Positions 25,877 to 35,310 of a stretch of 64,000 bases of DNA are shown here, one piece after another. The position numbers were made by a program, and so were the translations under genes. The notes under the pieces were generated by a model. The model was not told where the DNA came from and made no database searches. It saw only the letters and a program-made list of their open reading frames with translations. This DNA comes from a virus. The DNA lies in IMG/VR virus record IMGVR_UViG_3300048817_000078, positions 6,072 to 70,071 of that record. One strand, written 5' to 3'. Positions within the stretch are counted from its first letter, which is position 1; every line of letters begins with the position of its first letter.

Positions 25877-27688
25877 ATGAACCGCCGCGAAATGCTTCAG
25901 CTATCCGCCCTTTCTCTCGCTGCCGGGGCGCTCCCGGCAAGAGCACAAGCGCCGCAATCGGGTGTTATGGCTCCGGTGCTCAAGCGCGGCTACGACCTCG
26001 CGAACACCGGCTGCAATCTTTCGGAGACGACGCTGACACTCGCCAAGGTCAAGGCGACCGGCGTCCGTTTGCTCGGAACGCTGCAGATGACCGGGGACAA
26101 GGTTGGCGCCGAAGCCCAGATACTCATCGTTCCCGCGGTGCTCATGTCCGATGGCTTCAAGCATGACATCGCGGTCCTGCCCGACATGGCCGGCCAGGTC
26201 TGGTGCTGGGACGCAATCACCTACCAGCTGCTGTGGAAGCAGACGATTTGCCTGCCCATCATGGGAACCACGGCGATCGATGCGTGGATGATTAATCAGC
26301 ACTGGGCCACGCTCTCGACCGGCGTAATCGATCCGGCAACGAATCTTCTGTATCTATGCGCCTGGCACTCGCAGGATGGCACTGCGGCCACAGCGATGCA
26401 TTACCTGCACTGCCTGCGGCTCTTCGATGGCTCACAGCCGAATCCTGCTATCGATCTAGCCTCAACCACGTATCAGCCCGCCAGCGGCCCCCTGCAGAGC
26501 TACAACGCGACGATGCGCAAGCAGCGCTCAAGCCTGACGCTCGAAACCTTTGGCGATAATAAGACGGTCCTGTGGGCTGCAGGCACAGTAGCCGAAACAA
26601 GCTCAACGGCGAGCGGATGGGTATTCGCCTACGACATCGCGAGCGGTAAGATTACAGCGCGCACGCTCTCCGATGCGAATTACGGCGCGGGCGTCTGGAT
26701 GGCCGGCGCCTCTATATCGATTGACAGCAAGGGGCGAATTTACTTGGTGACCGGCAACGGCACGTTTGACGGGGTGGGCAGCTTTGGGGAGTGCGCGGTA
26801 AAACTGCTGTATCTACCGCCAACATCTACGGCGGCCGGCTCATTCCAGGTGGTCGATTGGTTCTGTCCCTACACCGATCAGCAGCGCGAAGGACAAACGA
26901 TTCCCGACGAGACCAAGATAGCCGGAGTATCGGGGCCATCTGCGGCCATGGCGATGCAGGTCGCAGTGAGCGATACCGGCTATAACGACCAGGATTTGGG
27001 GTCCGCTCCCGGATGTCTGCTCGAATCGCTGGGACTCTACTTGGCATGCGGCAAAGACGGAATTTTGTACGCCACAAAGATCGGCAACATGGGCCAGACC
27101 ACGCTGGCGCAGCTCGCTGCCGGTCAGCAGTATGCAGCGCTGGCCTTCCCGCCGATCTACTTCACATATTTCCCCGGCTACAGCGTAAGTCCGGATCCGC
27201 TGAACCCAGATGCGCTCGACGTGATGGGCGGCGGAAAGACACGGCACAATCATTCCCAAATCGTGCAGTATCTCTCTGCGACTCACGGTCAGATGGTTTT
27301 CTGTGCGGGCGAGAACTCGCCTGTTCGGGCCTGGACCGTTACTGCGACCGGCATAACATTCCTCGCGCAATCGAACGAGATATCCAGCGCGCAGGTTACG
27401 GCACCGGGCGGGGGAATGCCTGGGATGCAGATGACCTTGGCGGCGAGTCCGGGCGGCGGCGCAATTCTTGTTTGCTCGTGCCCGTATCTCAACGCCAACC
27501 AAGTCGTGTCGAATGGCCGCCTGTTGATCTATGACGCGAACAACTTCGTTAACGGCGTCATGCAGCTAATCTGGGACTCGCAGGCGGAAGGGATTCCATA
27601 TCTCTATAACAAATTTTGCCCGCCGGTCATCGATGGCGGCAAGATTTGGCTGAACACCTATGGGGATCAGGTTTTGATTTTGGGGTAA
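25877..27688 (+). CDS. Tat-exported PQQ-like beta-propeller protein (603 aa)
   Basis: MNRREMLQL...ARA|Q twin-Arg signal; GVWMAG...IYLVTGNGTFD and DQDLGS motifs. Confidence 0.75.
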   Translation: MNRREMLQLSALSLAAGALPARAQAPQSGVMAPVLKRGYDLANTGCNLSETTLTLAKVKATGVRLLGTLQMTGDKVGAEAQILIVPAVLMSDGFKHDIAVLPDMAGQVWCWDAITYQLLWKQTICLPIMGTTAIDAWMINQHWATLSTGVIDPATNLLYLCAWHSQDGTAATAMHYLHCLRLFDGSQPNPAIDLASTTYQPASGPLQSYNATMRKQRSSLTLETFGDNKTVLWAAGTVAETSSTASGWVFAYDIASGKITARTLSDANYGAGVWMAGASISIDSKGRIYLVTGNGTFDGVGSFGECAVKLLYLPPTSTAAGSFQVVDWFCPYTDQQREGQTIPDETKIAGVSGPSAAMAMQVAVSDTGYNDQDLGSAPGCLLESLGLYLACGKDGILYATKIGNMGQTTLAQLAAGQQYAALAFPPIYFTYFPGYSVSPDPLNPDALDVMGGGKTRHNHSQIVQYLSATHGQMVFCAGENSPVRAWTVTATGITFLAQSNEISSAQVTAPGGGMPGMQMTLAASPGGGAILVCSCPYLNANQVVSNGRLLIYDANNFVNGVMQLIWDSQAEGIPYLYNKFCPPVIDGGKIWLNTYGDQVLILG

Positions 27689-27903
27689 GAAAGGGAACCT
27701 ATGAACGCGCCGCAACCCGTCCCCAGGCCCGAACCAAACCGCTGCTGTTGCAGAAGCGAGCACATCATAAACGCTGGCTGCAAAATCCACGGCGTGCATA
27801 CCCTGTGGCAGGCGGCGAGCGAGGAGCTGGCGAGCCGGCGGCAGATGTACCGCGAGCGACGGGTGGGGGAAGAGTAGATGAGCGCAGTAAATGAGGAATA
27901 GCA

Positions 27904-28650
27904 ATGGGTAGAGAAACAACTATCGCCTGGGCCAACGCAACGTACAACCCGTGGTGGGGCTGCACGAAGGTGAGTCCCGGTTGCGATAACTGCTATGCCG
28001 AGGCCTTTGACAAGCGCGTGGGCGGCGCGCACTGGGGCAAAGGACAGCCGCGCCGCACGTTCGGAGATAAGCATTGGGCCGAGCCCCTCAAATGGGAGCG
28101 CGACGCCGCGAAGACCGGCGAGCAAATCCGCGTCTTCTGCGCGTCGATGGCCGACGTTATGGACGACGAGGCACCGGCCGGCGAGCGTGAACGCCTGTGG
28201 CAACTCATCGACGCAACGCCGCACCTTACCTGGCTGCTACTGACCAAGAGGCCGCATCGATACGAACGGTATCTTCCGTTTCAGTTCAAACACAAAAACG
28301 TGTGGCTCGGCACGAGCGCGGGGAATCAGCGCTTCTACGATGCCCGATGGCCAATCCTGGGCGAGATAGCGGAACGCTTCGGACTTGTGAGCTGGATCAG
28401 CTATGAGCCGGCCCTCGGGCCGCTGAACATGGGCGGTTTCCATGGCAACCCAAACTGGATTATCTGCGGCGGCGAAAGTGGTCCTGGGCACCGGCCAATG
28501 CGGCAGGAGTGGGCTGAGAACCTGCGGCGCGAATGCTTAGCCACCGGTACCGCGTTCTTCGTGAAACAGATGAGCGCGAGAACGCCGGCCGCTGGAGCTG
28601 TACTCATACCGGCACATCTGCTGGTGCGCGAGTTCCCCGATGCCGGATGA
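27904..28650 (+). CDS. DUF5131 (Gp37/Gp68) family protein
   Basis: NPWWGCTKVSPGCDNCYAE; RVFCASMAD; LLLTKRP; WIICGGESG; FFVKQM. Confidence 0.9.
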   Translation: MGRETTIAWANATYNPWWGCTKVSPGCDNCYAEAFDKRVGGAHWGKGQPRRTFGDKHWAEPLKWERDAAKTGEQIRVFCASMADVMDDEAPAGERERLWQLIDATPHLTWLLLTKRPHRYERYLPFQFKHKNVWLGTSAGNQRFYDARWPILGEIAERFGLVSWISYEPALGPLNMGGFHGNPNWIICGGESGPGHRPMRQEWAENLRRECLATGTAFFVKQMSARTPAAGAVLIPAHLLVREFPDAG

Positions 28651-28753
28651 GGTTGAAGGTGCAACGGGCCGGCGTGTTTGTATCTCGGATTAAAACGGAA
28701 GAAAACTCCGCGATTGAGCGAATGTTGAGCCTCGCGGGAGGGTCAGGCAGAAA

Positions 28754-29059
28754 ATGAACGACCGGTATGAGTTTCTTCGCGAGAAGTTTCTTGAAGCAAT
28801 GAACGACATAGGACGATATGGGTTTCAAAAGTACGGTCGCGATAGCTTTCAGTTCAGAGCGGCCAGCGGAGACGCCTCGCGAGGTTCCCTGCAAAGGTGC
28901 CAACCGGAAAGCGTATGTTTGCACGGGAAGATACACTTTGACGCCTATTTGCATGGTGAGCCACACGACCATTTTCGGACCCGAAAGCATCAGTTGGCTG
29001 CTGCCGCATTCAACGCGATGATGGAGTTTTACTTCGCCGGCCTTGAGGATGAGCTATGA
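28754..29059 (+). CDS. DUF5664-like (dATP/dGTP diphosphohydrolase-type) protein
   Basis: GFQKYGRDSF...H...HQLAAAAFNAMM. Confidence 0.5.
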   Translation: MNDRYEFLREKFLEAMNDIGRYGFQKYGRDSFQFRAASGDASRGSLQRCQPESVCLHGKIHFDAYLHGEPHDHFRTRKHQLAAAAFNAMMEFYFAGLEDEL

Positions 29060-29404
29060 CCACCCGCCAAACCCTAACCGAAGCCATCCGCGACTGCCGG
29101 GCGAAGGCGCTGTTCTGGAAGAAATACGATGCGCTCACGCCGGCACAGAAAGAGCGCGTCGACGAACTGATGGCGCGATCGACCAAGTACGCGAAGGGCG
29201 TCCCGCATACGCAACACTAGACCCAATAAAGGGCCAGAATAGCCGATTTCCCCAAGAGAAGTAACCAAGCCGCCTCTGTTTCGTATCCGCAACAAACCGG
29301 TTACCGAATAACCAAGAAACAAGCCCCGAAGGCCAATAGCAAATGCCGTTAAGCGGCGCGTAGGCTTCCTGTCATAGCACTTTCGGAACTAGACGGGTAC
29401 CGGT

Positions 29405-30484
29405 ATGCGCGATATTGTCAGCCATACTCCCCCACAGAAACAAGAGACTCACAGCCAGCTAGATCCGGCGCGATGTGAGCGGGAACGCCTTGCTGCCATG
29501 GATGAAGTTGTCTTGGATTCTCTGCCCTTCAGCCGAGCTGCGCACTTGTGGCTCGACCAGCATAAACGCTACATCAAACCCAACACAGCCAACGGATACC
29601 AGGCCGCAGTAAAGCTCCTAACGCGGTTCCTGGGCGAGACCATCGTCAAGGAGATCCACATCGGGCACATACGCGCCTACCAAGCCGAGCGGAGCAAGAA
29701 GGCCGGTCCGTACCTGCTCAACAGCGAGCTGAGCGTCTTGCAACAGATCCTCAAGGAAGCCCGGTGCTGGGCGCCACTGAAGGACCTCTACCGCCCCATG
29801 CGGGTCCCCAAGCGCAAGGCGGGCCATTCTATAAGCGCAGACGAAGAGCGGATTCTTCGCGAGGTCGCCTTCAGCCGCCCAAAATGGCGCCTGGCCGCCC
29901 ATTGCATGATGGTCATGCTCTCGACCACCATGGGATTCGGCGAGTTGCGGCACGTTCGGCGCCGGGATGTGGACCTGCGGCGGGGCTGCGTTTTGGTCCG
30001 GGAGGGCGCTAAGAACGATTTCCGGGACCGAACCATTCCCTTGAATGCGGCCGCGTTTGACTCGATGAGCTGGCTGCTAGATCGCTGGGACGACCTCGGC
30101 GGAACGCGGGAGGACCAGTTCATCCTGCCGCATCGCCCGCGGAAGCCAAATGGCCCGTGGATCTTCGACGAGCCCATGACGGCGATCCGGAGCGCCTTCA
30201 GTAGCATCAAGAAGCAGGCCGGGCTGCCCTACTTTCGGGTGTATGATTGCCGGGTTCAGGCCATCACCAAGTTACTAAGCAACCCGATGGTAAGTCCCCA
30301 GGTGTCCAAGGAGATTGCCGGCCACATCAGCCAGGCGATGCAGAATCGCTATAGTATCCAGCAGTTTGACACCAAGAAAGCTGCCCTGGACGCCCTTGAT
30401 ATACCCCGCGATCCGCCCAAAAAGCCTGTTGAAAAAATAAGTGATTTAGGACTTGCGTTTGTACGGATGCGAGGCGTAAGGTGA
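29405..30484 (+). CDS. int: Tyrosine recombinase/integrase (atypical active site)
   Basis: GELRHV...DVDL; GAKN...RTIPLN; YDCR; AGH; NRY. The first catalytic Arg position reads Gly. Confidence 0.85.
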   Translation: MRDIVSHTPPQKQETHSQLDPARCERERLAAMDEVVLDSLPFSRAAHLWLDQHKRYIKPNTANGYQAAVKLLTRFLGETIVKEIHIGHIRAYQAERSKKAGPYLLNSELSVLQQILKEARCWAPLKDLYRPMRVPKRKAGHSISADEERILREVAFSRPKWRLAAHCMMVMLSTTMGFGELRHVRRRDVDLRRGCVLVREGAKNDFRDRTIPLNAAAFDSMSWLLDRWDDLGGTREDQFILPHRPRKPNGPWIFDEPMTAIRSAFSSIKKQAGLPYFRVYDCRVQAITKLLSNPMVSPQVSKEIAGHISQAMQNRYSIQQFDTKKAALDALDIPRDPPKKPVEKISDLGLAFVRMRGVR

Positions 30485-30488
30485 TTTC

Positions 30489-30755
30489 GTGATGAATACG
30501 TATAACTACACCGAAGATGAGGTTAAGGCTGAAATGCGGCGGGAGTTCGCAAAGTCTTCAATGAGCCAGGTTGCGCGGGAAAAGGGTATCAGCGTCTCTT
30601 TCCTGAGCGACATAGTTAATGACCGCCCCGGAACGTGGGTCAGCGAGGCCGTCGCCCAGGCGTTCGGGTTTGTTCGCGAAGTGACAACCGAAGTTACGTT
30701 TAGAAAAGCAAGCGAGGGGCCGGTAGCTCAGTCGGATAGAGCGACGGTTTCCTAA
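30489..30755 (+). CDS. HTH DNA-binding protein whose 3' end overlaps the tRNA
   Basis: SMSQVAREKGISVSFLSDIVN; stop TAA 30753-30755 lies in the anticodon loop. Confidence 0.7.
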   Translation: MMNTYNYTEDEVKAEMRREFAKSSMSQVAREKGISVSFLSDIVNDRPGTWVSEAVAQAFGFVREVTTEVTFRKASEGPVAQSDRATVS

Positions 30756-30793
30756 ACCGTAGGTCGGCGGTTCAATTCCGCCCCGGCCCACCA
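30717..30793 (+). tRNA. trnR-CCT: tRNA-Arg (anticodon CCT)
   Basis: GGGCCGG/CCGGCCC acceptor stem, D-arm, ACGGT-TTCCTAA-ACCGT anticodon arm, GGCGG-TTCAATT-CCGCC T-arm, encoded CCA. Confidence 0.95.
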
Positions 30794-30834
30794 AAGTTTA
30801 AAGTAGCTGCACTACAACAGCTGAAGACATAGGT

Positions 30835-33743
30835 TTGGAAATGATCACTTCCATGCTAACTGTTCCTAAAATATCGCACGCAAACGAGCCCGTCACAGCT
30901 ACAGTTGACGGCGAGTCCCTTCCCGAAATTCCCCCCTACGAAAAGCGCCATTCCTTCGCCTATTCGCTCTGGTGCAGCCTGTGCCGTACGGAGCAGGCGC
31001 ACACGCTAACCCAGCACTGCGTTGACATCGCCATCAGCAAGCAGCAGGCGAAGCGGACCAGCGCTCCCTGCAGGCACGACTACCGGGATGGCGACCTGTG
31101 CTCGAAGTGCGACCAGATTCGGCCGCTGGGCGGTGCGCGATGACGATCGATCTCAGCCAGGAGGACTTTGAGTTGCTGCTACTGGCCCTAGGTATCGCAA
31201 CCGGTTTCGTCCGCAAGGAGCCGGAGGGCCTCGGCACGTTGACCACAAACCGCATGCTCCGTCTTGCTAATCAGGTCAACAAAAACAACCCTAATTGGAC
31301 GCCGTACAGGGTGCAGCAATGAAGCAACCCCCCTTCATCACGGCCGCGAAGGTATGGCCCGGCGAATCCTTCCCCACGCCGGCAGCCAAGACGACGGCTC
31401 TCGAGCTGGCCTCAAAGCGGCTAGCGGCTATCAATCCCCCAGAGGCGAGGCGTATCAAGCGGCTCGCTGGAGGTGTGAAGTGACTCTGGAAATCTCTCTC
31501 GACTATGGCCACATTGAGCGTCAGTACGACGCGGAAGGTTTTACTTTCCATCCTGTGATGGCCAGTGACTGGACCTCGGATGCCGGAGTCAAGCTCTGGA
31601 CGAAGTACCAAGAGGAGGGCCGCGGATCCGAGGAACTCGTCAACATCGATCTCGCTCGAATCAAAATTGACGACATCACGATTATCGACGGAAGGCTTTG
31701 CTTGTTCGGAAAGACGCTTGCTGGGGGTGCCGCATGAAGTTCGTCATCAGCTCGTACACTCTGGCGTTTGTCATCTGTGCAGCCCTGGCGACCGCCGGCC
31801 TCCATCACCTGTTCTCGGGTATCGGGCAGGCGCTGATGAGCGCGATTGCGGGGCTGGCGCGATGAAACATTCTTACGACCCCAAATGCGAAGAGTTGGCC
31901 ATCTACTTCCTATCCGAGGTAAGTCATCCCTCGCGGCAAGAGATCGCGGAACTCGCTCAGGTAATCCAAGACGCAATCGAGGATGAGTTGCACGTATACG
32001 AAGAACTGGGGCGTACCGAATGACCACCCTAGCCGAACCCATCCGCACGGTCGACGCCATCATCCGCGAGCTATCCGTGCTCACCGACGAGCAGCGTTCG
32101 CTTGCCTGGTGCCCCTGCCCGCGATACGAACCGGCTGGCGCTCACGACTGCCGGCCTGGGGGCGATTGCGGATTAGATTTCAGCGGGGAGACACGGCTGT
32201 CGCGCTGGAGGGTCGCGCGGTACCGCATGGCACGCGAACAGCGGAGGATACATGCCGGTTGAGCATTTGACACAACTCCAGTATTCGACGGACCTGCGCG
32301 GCCCGTTCGCTCTCTACGTCTACGGCTCGGACGGCTATCACAGCGGTAAACAGTGGTTCTCGAAGACCATCCGCTATCCCGACGAGGAGATTTCTGTCCC
32401 CCTCGCCAAGTCGCGGGCGCTGAAGGCTGTCGCAGAAAAGAGAGAGGTTCGCATCACCGACGGCGGCGACATGCTCGTCTACCACGCGCGAGGCGGCGTT
32501 CAACTCTACCCGTCAAACGGCTTAGATTTCTGGAAGGCTGTCGAGGACGGCGCGATATGAGCACCCTACACGTAGCCCCCTCTGACGTAGCCCGCAAGCT
32601 GGCAGTGATGACCGCGGCCGAGGACCTGCTGGCGGCACTGAAGAATCTGCGGCTGCTCCAGTATTGTGAGCGCGCGCCGTCTCGACATCGCTGCCAAGCC
32701 TGCATTCAGGCCGATGAAGCAATCGCGCTTGCTGAAGGAAGGAAACCGAAATGACCACCACTCCCCCATACGTAACCGAAGAATTTCGCGCCGGGCTGCA
32801 CGTCGTCCCGGACGAGTACCAATTTGACCCCAGTGACGGCCTCGGATGCGCGCGCGGAGTCATGTTTGCGCTTCCCGCGAGCCTGTTTCTGTTCGCGTGC
32901 TTCGGCCTTGCGTTCTGGCTGCTATGAGGCTATGTGCCATGAGAAACAGGCCTGTGTTTCTGGGCGACGGCGTCTTTGTGGAGTTCGTGAAGGATGGCGT
33001 GCGGCTAACCGCTTCGAATGGCCCGGAGATGATACACACGATTTGTCTCCGGCCGGCGGTACTGATGGCGTTGTTTAGGTTTTGCCGGAGGGCACCGTGA
33101 GGCGCCTGTGGGTCGCTACGCTGCTCCTGGCGGGCTGCCTGGACCATCAGGCCCTCCAGCGGCACCGGCAGGCTTACGTGCGATCTCACGATTGTGTGGC
33201 GACGTGGCACCAATCGGCCGCGCAGTGGTTCGACAAGGGCAGGCTTATCGAAAGCGCTGGTTATACGCTGTTTGACTGCGACAGCGATAGTGTTGGCAAC
33301 CCCGGCAGTAAGCAGATCTTGATTGAGGATGTGGACGGAAAGCCGTGGAGGCCGTAGATGGGGTACAAGCACAAGCGCAAACCGGTTATCAAAACAATGG
33401 AAGCGGCGGCGACGGAACTGTTTTGGAGGAGCCGAATTTTAGCCGAAATTATCGTGGGCCTGGAAATGCCGCCGCAGGTTGAGGAGCCGCTTAGGCGGAT
33501 GCTGTGGGCGCTGGATGATTACGAGGCGTCCAATGCGGACATCATCCCATGACACTCGAAGCCGAGTTCCAGGCGCACATCGCAACCCACTTCCCGCCCG
33601 CCAGCTACGACCTGGACGCGGGCCAACTCGCAGACCTCCGCCGCATCTTCTTCGCCGGCTGCTGGCTGGCTTACTCGTCTAATGAGAACTACCGGCAGGA
33701 GCTGGTTAAGTTTTATGAGGCTGAAAAGCGGGGGGCGGCATGA
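30835..33743 (+). other. Array of ~15 small, translationally coupled hypothetical ORFs (early accessory region)
   Basis: Chain of ATGA/GTGA overlaps, e.g. 31140, 31480, 31734, 31862, 32020, 32557, 33549. Confidence 0.6.
33097..33357 (+). CDS. Small lipoprotein
   Basis: GGAGG RBS, GTG start, lipobox LLLAG|C. Confidence 0.65.
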   Translation: MRRLWVATLLLAGCLDHQALQRHRQAYVRSHDCVATWHQSAAQWFDKGRLIESAGYTLFDCDSDSVGNPGSKQILIEDVDGKPWRP

Positions 33744-34768
33744 TGGCGAAGGAAGTCGTTGGCCTAGGGCTCGTTCGCTACGACGCAATGGTGCTAGCCA
33801 TTGACGCGTGTGAGCGCGTGGACGAGGCAAAGGAAATCCGCGACAAGGCCCGCGCCCTAGAGGTTTACGCGAAACAAGCGATGAATCTTGGGGCTGAGAG
33901 CAAGGCAGCAAAGGTGCGGATCCGCGCCGAAAAGAAGGCTGGCGAGTTAGTGCTGTCAGCGGCCAAACATAAGGGCGGTCGTCCCGGAAACCGGTCGAAC
34001 GAGACGACCGGTTTAAAACTCTCTGATATCGGCATTAGCAAGGACCAATCCTCGAAGTGGCAGAAGCTCGCGGAGATCCCGAAAGAACAATTCGAGAAGG
34101 CTCTTGAGGTCGATAGTGTTCCCACCACAAAGGGCGTATTGCGGACTGTGGCTGTTGCGAAGAAACATGCTCACCGCGAGTCCCTTGCGATTCGCGATGT
34201 GGATACCTGCACCATAGCAGACCTGACGCTGCTCGCTGGGAAAGACTTCGGAACTATCTATGCAGATCCGCCGTGGCTCTATGGCAACCAGGGCACGCGG
34301 GCGGCGACAGGGAACCACTACGGCGGCCTGACGGTCGAGGAGATATGTGCTCTGCCCGTGCAGGCTACAGCCGCGCAAGACGCGCACCTTCACCTGTGGA
34401 CGACTAACGCTTTCCTGTTTGAAGCGAAGCGCGTCCTTGAGGCCTGGGGATTTGAGTACAAGAGCTGCTTCGTGTGGGTGAAGCCATCGATGGGCATCGG
34501 TAACTATTGGCGCGTCTCCCACGAGTTCTTGCTGTTGGGCACGCGCGGCAAAGCTGAGTTCCGAAATCACTCACTGATGAGTTGGGGTAATTTCCCGCGA
34601 ACCAAGCATAGTTCAAAGCCGGGGGCGGTGAGAAAGCAGATCGAAAGCGCGAGTCCGGGCCCCTATCTGGAGCTCTTCGGCCGAAGAGTGGCTACCGGCT
34701 GGGCCGTGTGGGGTGACCAGATCAGGCGGGACGTATTTGACCAGGAAGTGGAAGAGGTCACGGCGTGA
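33740..34768 (+). CDS. MT-A70 family adenine methyltransferase with N-terminal helical/HTH extension
   Basis: IYADPPW; LHLWTTN; WGFEYK...WVK; HSSKP; YLELFGR. Confidence 0.9.
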   Translation: MMAKEVVGLGLVRYDAMVLAIDACERVDEAKEIRDKARALEVYAKQAMNLGAESKAAKVRIRAEKKAGELVLSAAKHKGGRPGNRSNETTGLKLSDIGISKDQSSKWQKLAEIPKEQFEKALEVDSVPTTKGVLRTVAVAKKHAHRESLAIRDVDTCTIADLTLLAGKDFGTIYADPPWLYGNQGTRAATGNHYGGLTVEEICALPVQATAAQDAHLHLWTTNAFLFEAKRVLEAWGFEYKSCFVWVKPSMGIGNYWRVSHEFLLLGTRGKAEFRNHSLMSWGNFPRTKHSSKPGAVRKQIESASPGPYLELFGRRVATGWAVWGDQIRRDVFDQEVEEVTA

Positions 34769-35310
34769 AGTCCTACTCTTGGCAGGACACCTTTGAGGTC
34801 GAGCGGAAAGGGAACGACATCCTAGATGCGATGTACGGTTCCGGGGGATACATCATCGTTCACGGAACCAGGGCCCATCAGCGGCAGGAGGTTGATCGCG
34901 TTCACATAAACAAGGGCGACGCGCGTGATATTCGGCGGGTTGAGTACAAGGTGGACGACGTAGCCGGAAGAACCGGGAACCTCGCGCTTGAGCACGTATC
35001 GGTCAGACGCGGCGAGAAGATTGTGAAGCGCGGATGGGTTCACACCACCGAAGCGGATTTGCTCGTCTGTTACGTCCCTGCGGTCGACATCGCTTACGAA
35101 ATGAAGATTGAAGCGATCCGAGAACGCTGGCGCGACATTCAATTTGTTTTCGATTTAAGACATACGTCGAGTCATGGCTTGAAGGGCGACTACTGCACCG
35201 ATTTTTACGCCGTGCCACTCAAGTGGCTCAAGGGTAATGGATTAATCAGCAAAGAGCGGTCGGCAATCGGGGCACAGCTAAGGTTCGACCTAAAGGTGCC
35301 GCGTGGGTAA
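34765..35310 (+). CDS. PD-(D/E)XK nuclease-like protein
   Basis: D...VEYKVD...TGNLALE motif; GTGA-coupled to the methyltransferase. Confidence 0.55.
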   Translation: MKSYSWQDTFEVERKGNDILDAMYGSGGYIIVHGTRAHQRQEVDRVHINKGDARDIRRVEYKVDDVAGRTGNLALEHVSVRRGEKIVKRGWVHTTEADLLVCYVPAVDIAYEMKIEAIRERWRDIQFVFDLRHTSSHGLKGDYCTDFYAVPLKWLKGNGLISKERSAIGAQLRFDLKVPRG

